Sequence record: MN850580.1
Direction: 5' to 3' (one strand)
From: Escherichia phage momo
DNA length: 64,000 nucleotides
Positions within the stretch are counted from its first letter, which is position 1. Each line of letters begins with the position of its first letter. The notes under the pieces are model-generated. The model was not told where the DNA came from and did no database searches. It saw only the letters and a list, made by a program, of their open reading frames with translations. Below, in pieces: positions 8,873-17,754 of the stretch. A program made the position numbers and the translations under genes.

Positions 8873-9003
8873 AGACCGTTGTTTATCATCTTAAGTGCTA
8901 CCATTACACCAACTCGACCTCTGCCGAGTGAAGGAATCGAACCTTCGCCTTTTCTTTACCGAGAAATAGATTGTTTAAGTTTTGCTGTAAACGGTCTTCT
9001 GTA
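8873..9003 (-). repeat. tRNA-spacer hairpin repeat (CCAGACC...GGTCTTCTG) enclosing a T-arm-like hairpin
   Basis: Inverted termini CCAGACCGTT / AACGGTCTTCTG; internal GAAGG-AATCGAA-CCTTC with no matching acceptor stem. Confidence 0.4.
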
Positions 9004-9013
9004 AATTTGTTGA

Positions 9014-9113
9014 GCCAGACCAAGTTTTAAATTTTTTCAAAATTGAATTGGCTTGAAAATATCATACATTCTTGCTGTATTTGGTCTTCTACTCCTTTAA
9101 AGAATACTCGTAA
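9014..9113 (-). repeat. tRNA-spacer hairpin repeat (CCAGACC...GGTCTTCT)
   Basis: Same terminal inverted repeat as 8873-9003. Confidence 0.4.
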
Positions 9114-9152
9114 GAACTCTTTAAGGGAGGGGCTAAATAGCCCTCTCAAAAT

Positions 9153-9230
9153 TGGCGGTTACGAAGGGATTTGAACCCTCATCATCTCCCGTGACAGGGG
9201 AGTATTTTAACCAAATTAAACTACATAACC
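9153..9230 (-). tRNA. tRNA-Asp(GUC): tRNA-Asp (anticodon GUC)
   Basis: Perfect anticodon stem CUCCC/GGGAG, loop CUGUCAC. Confidence 0.65.
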
Positions 9231-9235
9231 TTTAT

Positions 9236-9323
9236 TGGTGTGCCGTGTAGGAGTCGAACCTACCGAGTCTCAATGACAAGGGATTTACAGTCCCCACCGC
9301 TACCATCTACGGGATAACGACAC
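9236..9323 (-). tRNA. tRNA-Tyr(GUA): tRNA-Tyr (anticodon GUA), long variable arm
   Basis: 85-nt body; anticodon loop CUGUAAA. Confidence 0.6.
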
Positions 9324-9331
9324 ATTTAATT

Positions 9332-9408
9332 TGGCGGTTAGTCAGGGATTCGAACCCTGTGCCATTCGCTTAACAGGCGACCGCACATACCTTATGTGCT
9401 TCCTAACC
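9332..9408 (-). tRNA. tRNA-Asn(GUU): tRNA-Asn (anticodon GUU)
   Basis: Anticodon loop CUGUUAA; T-arm CAGGG/CCCUG. Confidence 0.55.
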
Positions 9409-9418
9409 TTAATACATT

Positions 9419-9481
9419 GCCAGACCGTGTTTTTTCTTTTATCCGCAAAAAAGTATTTTGTTGCTGAATACGGTCTTCTGC
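9419..9481 (-). repeat. tRNA-spacer hairpin repeat (CAGACCGT...ACGGTCTTCTG)
   Basis: Terminal inverted repeat, immediately 3' of tRNA in transcript orientation. Confidence 0.4.
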
Positions 9482-9486
9482 AAAAT

Positions 9487-9563
9487 TGGAGGCGGGTGCA
9501 GGAGTCGAACCTGCCGATACCATGCTAATGAGACATGTGAGACGCCCTTTCTCTATACCCGCA
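9487..9563 (-). tRNA. tRNA-Met/Ile2(CAU): tRNA with anticodon CAU (initiator Met, elongator Met or lysidine Ile2)
   Basis: Anticodon stem CAUGU/GCAUG, loop CUCAUUA; possible 1-72 mismatch. Confidence 0.5.
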
Positions 9564-9574
9564 ATTCTTAATGA

Positions 9575-9648
9575 CCAGACCAAATCTCTTCTTTGTCCGA
9601 TTTACCTTCAGATGAATAAGATTAAGTTTGCTGTAATTGGTCTTCTGT
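9575..9648 (-). repeat. tRNA-spacer hairpin repeat (CCAGACCAA...TTGGTCTTCTG)
   Basis: Terminal inverted repeat as in the other spacers. Confidence 0.4.
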
Positions 9649-9654
9649 CAAAAC

Positions 9655-9732
9655 TGGCGTTCCAGAAGGGATTTGAACCCTCAGATATCCACTTTGAAAG
9701 AGTGGTGACTATACCATTTTGTCTACTGGAAC
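9655..9732 (-). tRNA. tRNA-Glu(UUC): tRNA-Glu (anticodon UUC)
   Basis: Perfect acceptor GUUCCAG/CUGGAAC; anticodon loop CUUUCAA. Confidence 0.65.
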
Positions 9733-9739
9733 ATTAATT

Positions 9740-9816
9740 TGGTCTCTGTTGGAGGACTTGAACCTCCGGCCTTACCGCCCCAAACGGAACGCTCTACCAA
9801 TCTGAGCTAAACAGAG
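9740..9816 (-). tRNA. tRNA-Pro(UGG): tRNA-Pro (anticodon UGG)
   Basis: Perfect acceptor CUCUGUU/AACAGAG; D-arm GCUC/GAGC; anticodon loop UUUGGGG. Confidence 0.65.
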
Positions 9817-9934
9817 ATAAACTTTTCAAACTCTATGTAACCACTTTAACATTATTTTTTAGTGGTTGTCAAGAACTTTTTTAAAATATTTTTCAGTATC
9901 TTAGAAAAGCTCTCATTTCGTTTCTATGTAGAAC

Positions 9935-9963
9935 ATATTAAAGGGTATCAAACACATTGTCAA
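9935..9963 (-). promoter_or_regulatory. sigma70-like promoter for the tRNA array
   Basis: Minus strand TTGACA, 17-nt spacer, TAATAT, about 120 nt upstream of first tRNA. Confidence 0.5.
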
Positions 9964-9981
9964 TACCCTTTTTAAAACTTT

Positions 9982-11397
9982 TTACCAGATATAACGGTCA
10001 ATCATTACTGCTTTGAGCATTACACTGATTGGGTCAAACTTCTCACCACCAAGCAGAGCTTTTAAAGTGGCTGGAGAGAACCCTGATACCATTGCTACAC
10101 CGTTATCCTTAACAGATACTTCGCAAGTACCATTACGGTTTGCTAAGTACCAGAATACCAGTTGTGGCATCTCATATCCAGCTTTTTTGTACTTACTCTG
10201 AATTGCTTCAAAGTTTGTACGACCGTTAGCTCCATCAACCTGATTGAACTCCATATCGGAGAAGATGATAAGCTTACTTGGCATATCTTTCTGAGTCAAG
10301 TTGTTTCTTTTACCTGTTTCAAGAATGCGGTCAAAAGCTGCTTGTAAGTTAGTTGAGCCATATTCAACGTGTCGCATCACCTGACGATGACGGTTTCGTA
10401 AATCACCACTCAGTTCGATGAAGTGAGGGTTTGTTGAATAAACCATTAACTCATTCTTAAAGCAACCTGTATTGCGTTCTGCTACATACAAGGCAAGTGA
10501 TACACCAATATCCAGAGCAGTAATGGAGCCAAAATTCACCCAAGACATTGAACTTGATACATCAGACATACACAAGATGTTTTCACCTTCTGCCATCCAG
10601 TTTGGTAGTGCTTTCCACTGCTCATTAGCAACATCTGCATTACCATACTTGACAGATTTAATCACATCGTATGGGTAAACAGCACCAGCGTTAATCTTAG
10701 TCTCACCTTTTGATAAGGACTCGATGTAAGATTTGTAACGCTCTCCATCTTTACGGTTAAACAGTTTTTGGTAACGTGCAGCAGCAAGTGAAGGAATCTT
10801 ACTGTAGTCAATCTTACCAAACTCGTTAGCAGAGATTTTTTGCTCAACTGTATCAGATAGTGCAGACAACAGTGTGCGGTACTCTTTCTCACTCAAGTTG
10901 GCAAACTTGCAGAAACGTTTTACAAACTGCTTATGACGTGGTTTGACTCGTGGTAACCACTTAGCTGCCAAACCTGCTGTTGCAGGGTCTAGTAATGCTG
11001 CTTCTAAATGCTTGAAGGCATCTGTCTCGAAACGAGTACCCACGAAGATTTTGAAATCATCAAAGCGACCAAGCTCTGCAATCTTATCCATAATGCGAAG
11101 AACCTGTGTAGACTCTAGAACTTTATCTTCAATCGCTTGAAGTAAAACAGTTCGGAAAGCTTTACGCTCACCCATACCTTCTCGTACATCTCGCATATGC
11201 AGTAAAATACGAACTGCAACATCAACATCCTCATGCAAAGCTTTGTAGAACAAGTCTGGTAAGATTTCTACATTGCTACGGCTAGAACCAGCAGCTTTGT
11301 AAAAGTCCACAAGAGCAGACATTGATGAAGTATGGTTTACAGCACCATTTTCAGTTCGACCTGCATGAAGGTGCACATGTTTAAATAATTCGCTCAT
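9982..11397 (-). CDS. vWA-domain protein with helical N-terminal region (possibly Ro60/TROVE-like or DUF2828-like)
   Basis: 471 aa; C-terminal MIDAS-like motif SDVSSSM followed by GSTN and FSDME; alpha-helical N-terminal ~270 aa. Confidence 0.5.
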   Translation of the reverse strand: MSELFKHVHLHAGRTENGAVNHTSSMSALVDFYKAAGSSRSNVEILPDLFYKALHEDVDVAVRILLHMRDVREGMGERKAFRTVLLQAIEDKVLESTQVLRIMDKIAELGRFDDFKIFVGTRFETDAFKHLEAALLDPATAGLAAKWLPRVKPRHKQFVKRFCKFANLSEKEYRTLLSALSDTVEQKISANEFGKIDYSKIPSLAAARYQKLFNRKDGERYKSYIESLSKGETKINAGAVYPYDVIKSVKYGNADVANEQWKALPNWMAEGENILCMSDVSSSMSWVNFGSITALDIGVSLALYVAERNTGCFKNELMVYSTNPHFIELSGDLRNRHRQVMRHVEYGSTNLQAAFDRILETGKRNNLTQKDMPSKLIIFSDMEFNQVDGANGRTNFEAIQSKYKKAGYEMPQLVFWYLANRNGTCEVSVKDNGVAMVSGFSPATLKALLGGEKFDPISVMLKAVMIDRYIW

Positions 11398-11478
11398 ATT
11401 TTACTCTCTTCTCTCATTTGTTGTTTGATGTGACAGACTTTAGAGCAACTTTGTAGAGTCTGTCAACACCTTTTAAAA

Positions 11479-11850
11479 TTATTTTTTGAGAGTCGCTACA
11501 GCAGAGAACGTTGGTTTGTTATCTGTCTGTTGTTGACCACCACTATCAGGAGTCTTCTTAGTGTCTGCTGCAAGTGCTTTCATCTCACCTGCTGAGTGAG
11601 TAAAGATAGTTTTACCGACCTCAATCATACTCTTGATGGTTACGTCATCTGTGTTTAACCCGAACTCTGCAAGCTTAGCAGCATCCCTTGTAACAATCGC
11701 TTCAAATAACTTTGCAGCAAACTCAGCAGAATTGTCAATGGTCAGTTGAGCTTTTACAAGTGAGCTTTTGTTGCGAGAGCCTTTTGGTCTTCCAGATGGG
11801 TTTCCAGATTGGCCTTTTTTAAACTGGCCTTTGTTTGTTCTGTTTTTCAT
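11479..11850 (-). CDS. hypothetical protein with basic N-terminal motif
   Basis: 123 aa beginning MKNRTNKGQFKKGQSGNPSGRPKGSRNK. Confidence 0.45.
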   Translation of the reverse strand: MKNRTNKGQFKKGQSGNPSGRPKGSRNKSSLVKAQLTIDNSAEFAAKLFEAIVTRDAAKLAEFGLNTDDVTIKSMIEVGKTIFTHSAGEMKALAADTKKTPDSGGQQQTDNKPTFSAVATLKK

Positions 11851-12099
11851 TGGTATGCCTCTTATAAGACCTCTTAAAAGGCTTTTAAGATAAAAGATAG
11901 ATATCCAGAAAGATATCTGTTTAAATAGCCTTTTTAGAGGAACCTTTTAAGTTATCTTCTAAGTATTTATAAGCCTACACCTTGTCAAGTACTTTGTCAA
12001 CAACTTTTTTAACTTGCAATAGTTCTTGACTTGTTGTATGGATTACTGTACCATCTTACTTAAAGCTGTAGGTCTGCCTTGTTCTACAAAGGAGACTTA

Positions 12100-12261
12100 A
12101 TGAGAAAATCAAATAAACCGAAGAAAGGTAAGAATACCAATCACTGTAAGGAATCAAAAAGGGTAGAGTTAATCTACTATTCATCCTCTGAAATTGGTCT
12201 GTACCTGTTCTTTCAAAATTACAGAAGACAAGAGGATTATCTATGTGTAGTTCCCAATTAG
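12100..12261 (+). CDS. hypothetical small basic protein
   Basis: ATG at 12100 preceded by AAGGAGA; ORF track start is an upstream alternative. Confidence 0.3.
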   Translation: MRKSNKPKKGKNTNHCKESKRVELIYYSSSEIGLYLFFQNYRRQEDYLCVVPN

Positions 12262-12476
12262 AAATCGCAGATATTATAGATTTATATCAAACTGCAAAGA
12301 GTCATGGCTATATAACCTCAATTGGAAAGAATAGTCACTATGATGCTTTGACTGGAATGTATTTCAGGGCAATGGCTCAATCTAGTGAACAACACTTAAT
12401 GGTTTCTTCCAGTGAGTTTACTTCGTTTCTCTATTGCAGCAAAATTATAAATCGCAGGAGAACTGAAAAATGTTAA
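12243..12476 (+). CDS. hypothetical protein
   Basis: 77-aa ORF in plus-strand cluster. Confidence 0.3.
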   Translation: MCSSQLEIADIIDLYQTAKSHGYITSIGKNSHYDALTGMYFRAMAQSSEQHLMVSSSEFTSFLYCSKIINRRRTEKC

Positions 12477-13060
12477 CAGTAAGTTTTAATTACAATAGTG
12501 ATGGCTCTGTATCAATTAATTCACCATATGCAAATGACCTACTTAAAGAGCTAGTCAATCAGTGTGATAGAGGTCTTCACTATGTTCAAAATTCTTTTAA
12601 ACAGAAGACTATTGCTAATAACTTGATGCGTGTAACAGTGACGGCATCGAATCCAAATTATGACTTTGATAGTGAAAGTCCGTACTCATTAGTTGCGCTT
12701 GGAGAGAGCAGCCAATTCAAACTTGTTTGCCACGACTCAGAAACATTTCTTAAGGTATTTTCCAACCTTATCCATAATAATAAGTACAGCTACGTTGATA
12801 GTAGTGTAAACTTCTATCCAGCAAACTATACATGTTTGTTGGTTGATAATATGAGAAAAAGTAAGCAAGAGCCTACAGAAATTTCATTTGATGTGAACTC
12901 TAGTCCAGACGCAGAAACAAGTAAGAACTTTGATATGAGTTACGCATTGTCACTTAGTAAGAAATCCGAGTTCATTGATTATGTCAATGGATTTGGTTTT
13001 AAGTTTGATGAGAGTATGAATCTTAAAAAACTTAAGAACCTACTTAAGACCAAAGCTTAA
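12470..13060 (+). CDS. hypothetical protein
   Basis: 196-aa ORF followed by hairpin. Confidence 0.45.
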   Translation: MLTVSFNYNSDGSVSINSPYANDLLKELVNQCDRGLHYVQNSFKQKTIANNLMRVTVTASNPNYDFDSESPYSLVALGESSQFKLVCHDSETFLKVFSNLIHNNKYSYVDSSVNFYPANYTCLLVDNMRKSKQEPTEISFDVNSSPDAETSKNFDMSYALSLSKKSEFIDYVNGFGFKFDESMNLKKLKNLLKTKA

Positions 13061-13069
13061 GTGTGAATA

Positions 13070-13093
13070 GGGGCTGATGCCCCTTTAACTATT
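13070..13093 (+). terminator. putative terminator hairpin
   Basis: GGGGC-TGAT-GCCCC followed by TTTAACTATTT. Confidence 0.35.
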
Positions 13094-13107
13094 TATAAGG
13101 ATATTTA

Positions 13108-13479
13108 ATGAAAGCTAAGAGTGCAAAAGACTTTTATTGCTTCCTACAATCCTATATCAATTCCGTGCAAAATGGTGAAAGGTACAACCTTAATGATGTT
13201 ATCCCAACACCTTTGACATGGAGACTCAGTAAGTGGCCTGAAGAAGATATTACACCAACAAGCGAACAGCGTACCTACAAACCTGAAATCAATATTCCAG
13301 ATTCTGAGAATCTATTATATCCAATGTTCCATATTGTTGGTCTTGGAAGATTCCTTATGGATATCCAGTATGTAATTGGTAAAGGTTATAAGGTTAAAGG
13401 TATTGTTGTTGGTGATGTATCTCCGCATCACAAAGGTTATTTTAGACTAAACGCACATTTAGAGGCTAAAAAGAAATGA
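13108..13479 (+). CDS. hypothetical protein, paralog of N-terminal domain of next gene
   Basis: 123 aa; shared motifs with 13476-14360 (K..DF..F....I..V..G.RY, FMD(I/L)QYxI). Confidence 0.5.
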   Translation: MKAKSAKDFYCFLQSYINSVQNGERYNLNDVIPTPLTWRLSKWPEEDITPTSEQRTYKPEINIPDSENLLYPMFHIVGLGRFLMDIQYVIGKGYKVKGIVVGDVSPHHKGYFRLNAHLEAKKK

Positions 13480-14360
13480 TTAAAGCAAAGACTTACCCAG
13501 ACTTCAAAGAGTTTGTGAAGGGTTTCATTGCAAATGTAAAGGCTGGTAAGAGATATGATTTTAGAACATATCAAGAGGCTATTTTACCACTTACCTATAG
13601 TTCATATTGGCCTGAAGCTGATATTGCAGAAGTTGAGAAGTTTGACTACAAACCAGACTACAAAGTTCCATTTAGTGACGAATTGCTTTACAGTGTTGGT
13701 GCACAGATGAGAACTGCTGATTTCTTCATGGATTTGCAGTATGCAATCATCAATGGTAAAGATGTTGACACAATTTACTGTGAATGGTTGGCAAGAGTTA
13801 AGCCGTTCTCAATGTTGAATGCTAAGTTGAAGGATGCTATTAAGCCACCAGCAATTACTCAGCAACCGACAGGTCAAACAGTCAATGAGGGTGGCACACT
13901 TACTCTAAGCATTCTAGCAACTAACGCCACTGGATATCAGTGGAAGAAGGATGGTGAGGACATCCCTAGTGCCAATTCTGCAACTTACACAAAACAGTCA
14001 GTAGCACCTTCTGACGCTGGTTCATACACTTGTGTTGTATCTGGAGAGGGTGGAACAAGTGTTACTTCAGATGCAGCAACAGTTACTGTGAATGCACTTC
14101 CAGTAATCACTCAACAGCCAGCAAATCAAGAAATCACTGAAGGTGAGACCTTAACGCTGAATGTTGTGGCTACTGGTGCAACAAGTTACCAGTGGAAGAA
14201 AGGTGAGGAAGACATCCTCGATGCAACTACTGCAACTTACACCAAAGAAGGTGCAACCACCGCTGATGCAGGAAGCTACACTTGTGTAGTGACTGGCGCA
14301 GGTGGCTCTGTAACATCTAACGCAGCAACAGTTACAGTTAATCCAGCAGGGGAGGCATAA
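13476..14360 (+). CDS. paralogous N-domain fused to two tandem Ig-like (I-set type) domains
   Basis: Two repeats TLTL...ATGYQWKKDGEDI...ATYTK...DAGSYTCVV.G.GG..TS.AATVTVN. Confidence 0.6.
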   Translation: MIKAKTYPDFKEFVKGFIANVKAGKRYDFRTYQEAILPLTYSSYWPEADIAEVEKFDYKPDYKVPFSDELLYSVGAQMRTADFFMDLQYAIINGKDVDTIYCEWLARVKPFSMLNAKLKDAIKPPAITQQPTGQTVNEGGTLTLSILATNATGYQWKKDGEDIPSANSATYTKQSVAPSDAGSYTCVVSGEGGTSVTSDAATVTVNALPVITQQPANQEITEGETLTLNVVATGATSYQWKKGEEDILDATTATYTKEGATTADAGSYTCVVTGAGGSVTSNAATVTVNPAGEA

Positions 14361-14824
14361 TGCAACTCTCAAGAAAAGGTTTAGAGGCTATTAAGTTCTT
14401 TGAAGGTCTGAAGTTAGAGGCTTACGAAGACTCTGCCGGAATCCCAACAATCGGTTATGGAACAATCCGTATTGACGGAAAACCTGTTAAGATGGGTATG
14501 AAAATTACTGCTGAACAAGCTGAACAGTATCTTCTTGCAGATGTTGAAAAATTCGTTGCAGCAGTGAATAAAGCCATCAAGGTTCCAACTTCTCAGAACG
14601 AGTTTGATGCACTTGTAAGTGAAACATACAACATCGGTATCACAGCTATGCAGGATTCCACATTTATCAAGCGCCACAATGCTGGTAATAAGGTCGGTTG
14701 TGCAGAAGCTATGCAGTGGTGGAACAAGGTTACAGTCAAAGGTAAGAAGGTCACTTCAAACGGCCTGAAAAACAGACGTAGAATGGAAGCTGACATTTAT
14801 CTTGACAGTGTATACCCAAAGTAA
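14360..14824 (+). CDS. lysozyme / endolysin (GH24 muramidase family)
   Basis: N-terminal FEGLKLEAYEDSAGIPTIGYGT matches phage lysozyme catalytic region; 154 aa. Confidence 0.7.
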   Translation: MQLSRKGLEAIKFFEGLKLEAYEDSAGIPTIGYGTIRIDGKPVKMGMKITAEQAEQYLLADVEKFVAAVNKAIKVPTSQNEFDALVSETYNIGITAMQDSTFIKRHNAGNKVGCAEAMQWWNKVTVKGKKVTSNGLKNRRRMEADIYLDSVYPK

Positions 14825-14834
14825 TATCTTCATA

Positions 14835-14860
14835 GGCTCCTTCGGGAGCCTTTTTTATTT
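14835..14860 (+). terminator. rho-independent terminator after lysozyme
   Basis: GGCTCC-TTCG-GGAGCC followed by TTTTTTATTTT. Confidence 0.65.
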
Positions 14861-14875
14861 TCTAAGGAGAAAACT

Positions 14876-15274
14876 ATGAAGCTTTGGGCTAGTGACTTTG
14901 GAACTTTTAAGTACACTCGTAACGGCTCGCTTGTACGTATCATTGGAAGTAACGTTGTTACAGTTGGAGATAAGGTACATACAAGGTTTACTGTTGAGTT
15001 GGTTGAACTATCGCCTATTGAGTCTGCTAATAATGGTTTATTCAAGTTTGAAACTTACCATGTAAATGAGCATGGACAGTTTAATACTCTAGGTGAAAGT
15101 GGTCTCGATATTATTTCAGAGAACCCATTGACAAGAGAGCAACTTGCAGGTTACTATAAAACCATTCTTGAAAGAACTTTGGCGACACATGAGCATGAAG
15201 CCAGATATCACATTGAACGGTGTGAAGTTCTAAAAGCAAAAATCGAACAAGCAGAGAGAGGTTTTTATGAATAA
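14876..15274 (+). CDS. hypothetical protein
   Basis: 132-aa ORF preceded by AAGGAGA. Confidence 0.45.
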   Translation: MKLWASDFGTFKYTRNGSLVRIIGSNVVTVGDKVHTRFTVELVELSPIESANNGLFKFETYHVNEHGQFNTLGESGLDIISENPLTREQLAGYYKTILERTLATHEHEARYHIERCEVLKAKIEQAERGFYE

Positions 15275-15665
15275 AGATGTTAGAGATATCCAAGTAAAAG
15301 TTGACACGTTTGGCCATGATGGTCGAGAAGATATAGGTTTTGCCGATGCAGTAATATACAAGTGCAACGGAGATTTATTCCTTCAGTTTACAGGGTCTGG
15401 AAGCACACTTCATCGAGTACGAGATGATGAAGATGGTTGTCCTGTATTTGGTTGGTTTGACAGGGAGTTCCCTCTTTACGCAATCCACTACCCAGATGGT
15501 GGTGAAGATTGGACAACCCAATCAATCTTTGATGAGCTTAATGGTGTTCCAGTTGAGCAAGAAGAGCGAGAGCCTGTTGAACTTACCTTCACCTTTATCA
15601 AAGAAGAGAAAGTAGGTGACTTGTCAGTAACTGAAGCAATTCAAGTCTCACAGGTGATTCGTTAA
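15267..15665 (+). CDS. hypothetical protein
   Basis: 132-aa ORF overlapping upstream stop. Confidence 0.45.
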   Translation: MNKDVRDIQVKVDTFGHDGREDIGFADAVIYKCNGDLFLQFTGSGSTLHRVRDDEDGCPVFGWFDREFPLYAIHYPDGGEDWTTQSIFDELNGVPVEQEEREPVELTFTFIKEEKVGDLSVTEAIQVSQVIR

Positions 15666-15958
15666 TGAGTAAAGTACAGGTTATTTTCCCTATTTGTGAC
15701 TTCTCACTAGAGCGTGAACTTGACCTGTACGAAGAAATTACTGACGAAATTATCTGGTCTGTTGTAGAAGAGGCTATCAAGAAACTGTATGGTGGCCTCT
15801 TAAATCCATCAAGTAAAAAGCTCACTACTAAGCAAGTAGCTGATACGTACACTTCATATGATGCCTACAACAAGCCTTTTGAGAACACCTGCTTTGACCT
15901 TATGGTAGGTAATAATAAAGTCAACTATTTCTTCGTCAGAGAGTTTAACGATGAGTAA
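15665..15958 (+). CDS. hypothetical protein
   Basis: 97-aa ORF, tightly packed. Confidence 0.4.
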   Translation: MSKVQVIFPICDFSLERELDLYEEITDEIIWSVVEEAIKKLYGGLLNPSSKKLTTKQVADTYTSYDAYNKPFENTCFDLMVGNNKVNYFFVREFNDE

Positions 15959-16295
15959 GCTCCATGTCACAGTTTACAAAAACTTCTCAGATATTAAAGA
16001 GTCTTTAACAAATAAGCTTGACTTACAACGTAAAAGACTCTTCTTAATGTACGATATAGACAACTACAACCATCCTAAAGAGTTTAACTACAAAGATGGT
16101 ACAAAGGTTGTTGAGTTTGAAGATTCTGTAACGGTGTATGTCAAGTATGACTTGCCAGCAAAGTACATAGGGATGCTAGAGTACTACATATTCAAACATA
16201 CTGGTATGCGTGGTGAATCTGTCAAGATATCTTCTATAGAAGTTTTTGAGAAACCTAACACACAACTTAAAAAGTATTTAATGAGGAAACTGTAA
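15951..16295 (+). CDS. hypothetical protein
   Basis: 114-aa ORF. Confidence 0.4.
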   Translation: MSKLHVTVYKNFSDIKESLTNKLDLQRKRLFLMYDIDNYNHPKEFNYKDGTKVVEFEDSVTVYVKYDLPAKYIGMLEYYIFKHTGMRGESVKISSIEVFEKPNTQLKKYLMRKL

Positions 16296-16876
16296 TGTCC
16301 GAAGAGCAACAGAATATTACTCCACAAGTAACACTAGTCCAACATTTTGGAAACATTGAAGGGTGTGTTGCACTTTTTCAACCAAGCATCAACTCTCCTG
16401 CAAAAGTTTGTAAGTTGACTATGAATGTGAACAATATCAGTGTTTGCCTTGTTGATGAAGTTCAATATTTCAAGTTTAATGACAGAGAGGTTGATGCTGC
16501 ACTATTGAAGTACCGAGCAAGCCTCGAAAAAGACATCGACCACAAAGAACTTGTAACACTGTTTGGTGACCTTCACAAGCTTCTTGAAAAGGTTATGAAG
16601 CGCACATACTACATGAACAATGGTTCAATCATCACCACTTTGATTTCACCATGTATATCAGAGCCAATTTTAACTGATGACGGTGGATACTACGTGGTAG
16701 CATCAGCAGACTCTGATTGGTGGATGAAGAACACAGCACTTAAAACAGTGATTGAGGCTATCCGCGAACATATCCCTTCATTCAGCCCGTGGAAAGGTAA
16801 AAGTGATGATTTCATTGCACTATTGAGTGAAGAGAGTAACAAGCGCAGTGCATTGCTGCCTAAAAAATACTCTTGA
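16295..16876 (+). CDS. hypothetical protein
   Basis: 193-aa ORF. Confidence 0.45.
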   Translation: MSEEQQNITPQVTLVQHFGNIEGCVALFQPSINSPAKVCKLTMNVNNISVCLVDEVQYFKFNDREVDAALLKYRASLEKDIDHKELVTLFGDLHKLLEKVMKRTYYMNNGSIITTLISPCISEPILTDDGGYYVVASADSDWWMKNTALKTVIEAIREHIPSFSPWKGKSDDFIALLSEESNKRSALLPKKYS

Positions 16877-16959
16877 CCGAGTATACAATATTGACTATGA
16901 TGGGAGCTATCGAGAGGTAGTTCCCTTTTTAGTTTCTAGATAAGAGACATGGTAAAAGA

Positions 16960-17178
16960 ATGAAAAAGTTAACTACAGTTGAAGATTACTACAAACTTTC
17001 CCTGTTAGAACAGTATCGTAGAAGCCAGAATATCAGAAAATGCTACGGTAAACACGCTGAAGGTGACTTTTACCGTTGCTATGATGCAGATTTAAAAGGC
17101 GTAACACCTAGAGGGAAAGTCCTGCAAAGACTTGTTGACCTTGAGTGGAACAAACGATTGAGAGGGGTTGGAAAATGA
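16960..17178 (+). CDS. hypothetical protein
   Basis: 72-aa ORF. Confidence 0.35.
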   Translation: MKKLTTVEDYYKLSLLEQYRRSQNIRKCYGKHAEGDFYRCYDADLKGVTPRGKVLQRLVDLEWNKRLRGVGK

Positions 17179-17678
17179 TTTACGAAGAAAGATACAAGAT
17201 AGATTTTCAGGATACTTGCCATCATACTTCTTTAAGAGTGACGAAACCAAATGGAGAGGTTGGTATCATAGCACATTTTGGTGGTGATTATTGGTATGGT
17301 ACAGGTTGCTTTGAAGGCTACACTCAAGAATACCTGAAAGCTTTCTACAGAGACTTTGCAAATGACTACAACAGAGTTGTTGACGAAAAGAATAAGTGTA
17401 TTAAGCATGAACACCATGCCAGAGGTTGCCTAAGTATTGTTATGGTACTGGCGTTCTTCTTAGCAATGCTACTGGCAGTATCAGCAATTAGCTGCATAGC
17501 TCAAGATTTGACCATTACACAGATTACTACAAAGATACATGATATCTGGTACTTGTATGCTGTTCCTTTAGCTGGTATTATCATCTCACTAATAAGGTTC
17601 AGAGTTCATAAGAAACGACTTAAGGACTCAGAGATTAAACTTGAAGAGGTAAGTAAAGAATGCAACCTACAATTATAG
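17175..17678 (+). CDS. hypothetical membrane protein
   Basis: Start at MIYEERYK after GAGGGG; two hydrophobic segments in C-terminal half. Confidence 0.4.
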   Translation: MIYEERYKIDFQDTCHHTSLRVTKPNGEVGIIAHFGGDYWYGTGCFEGYTQEYLKAFYRDFANDYNRVVDEKNKCIKHEHHARGCLSIVMVLAFFLAMLLAVSAISCIAQDLTITQITTKIHDIWYLYAVPLAGIIISLIRFRVHKKRLKDSEIKLEEVSKECNLQL

Positions 17679-17754
17679 CTGTATGTGTTCGTTTTGCAAT
17701 CGCTGAAATGATTAACAAGGCAATCTTAAAAGATGCCTATGGAGAGACTAAGCA

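Noticed and set aside
9331-9737. ORFs 9331-9528, 9392-9583 and 9486-9737
   Set aside because: They overlap tRNA-Asn, the CAU tRNA and tRNA-Glu; translation artefacts of structured RNA genes
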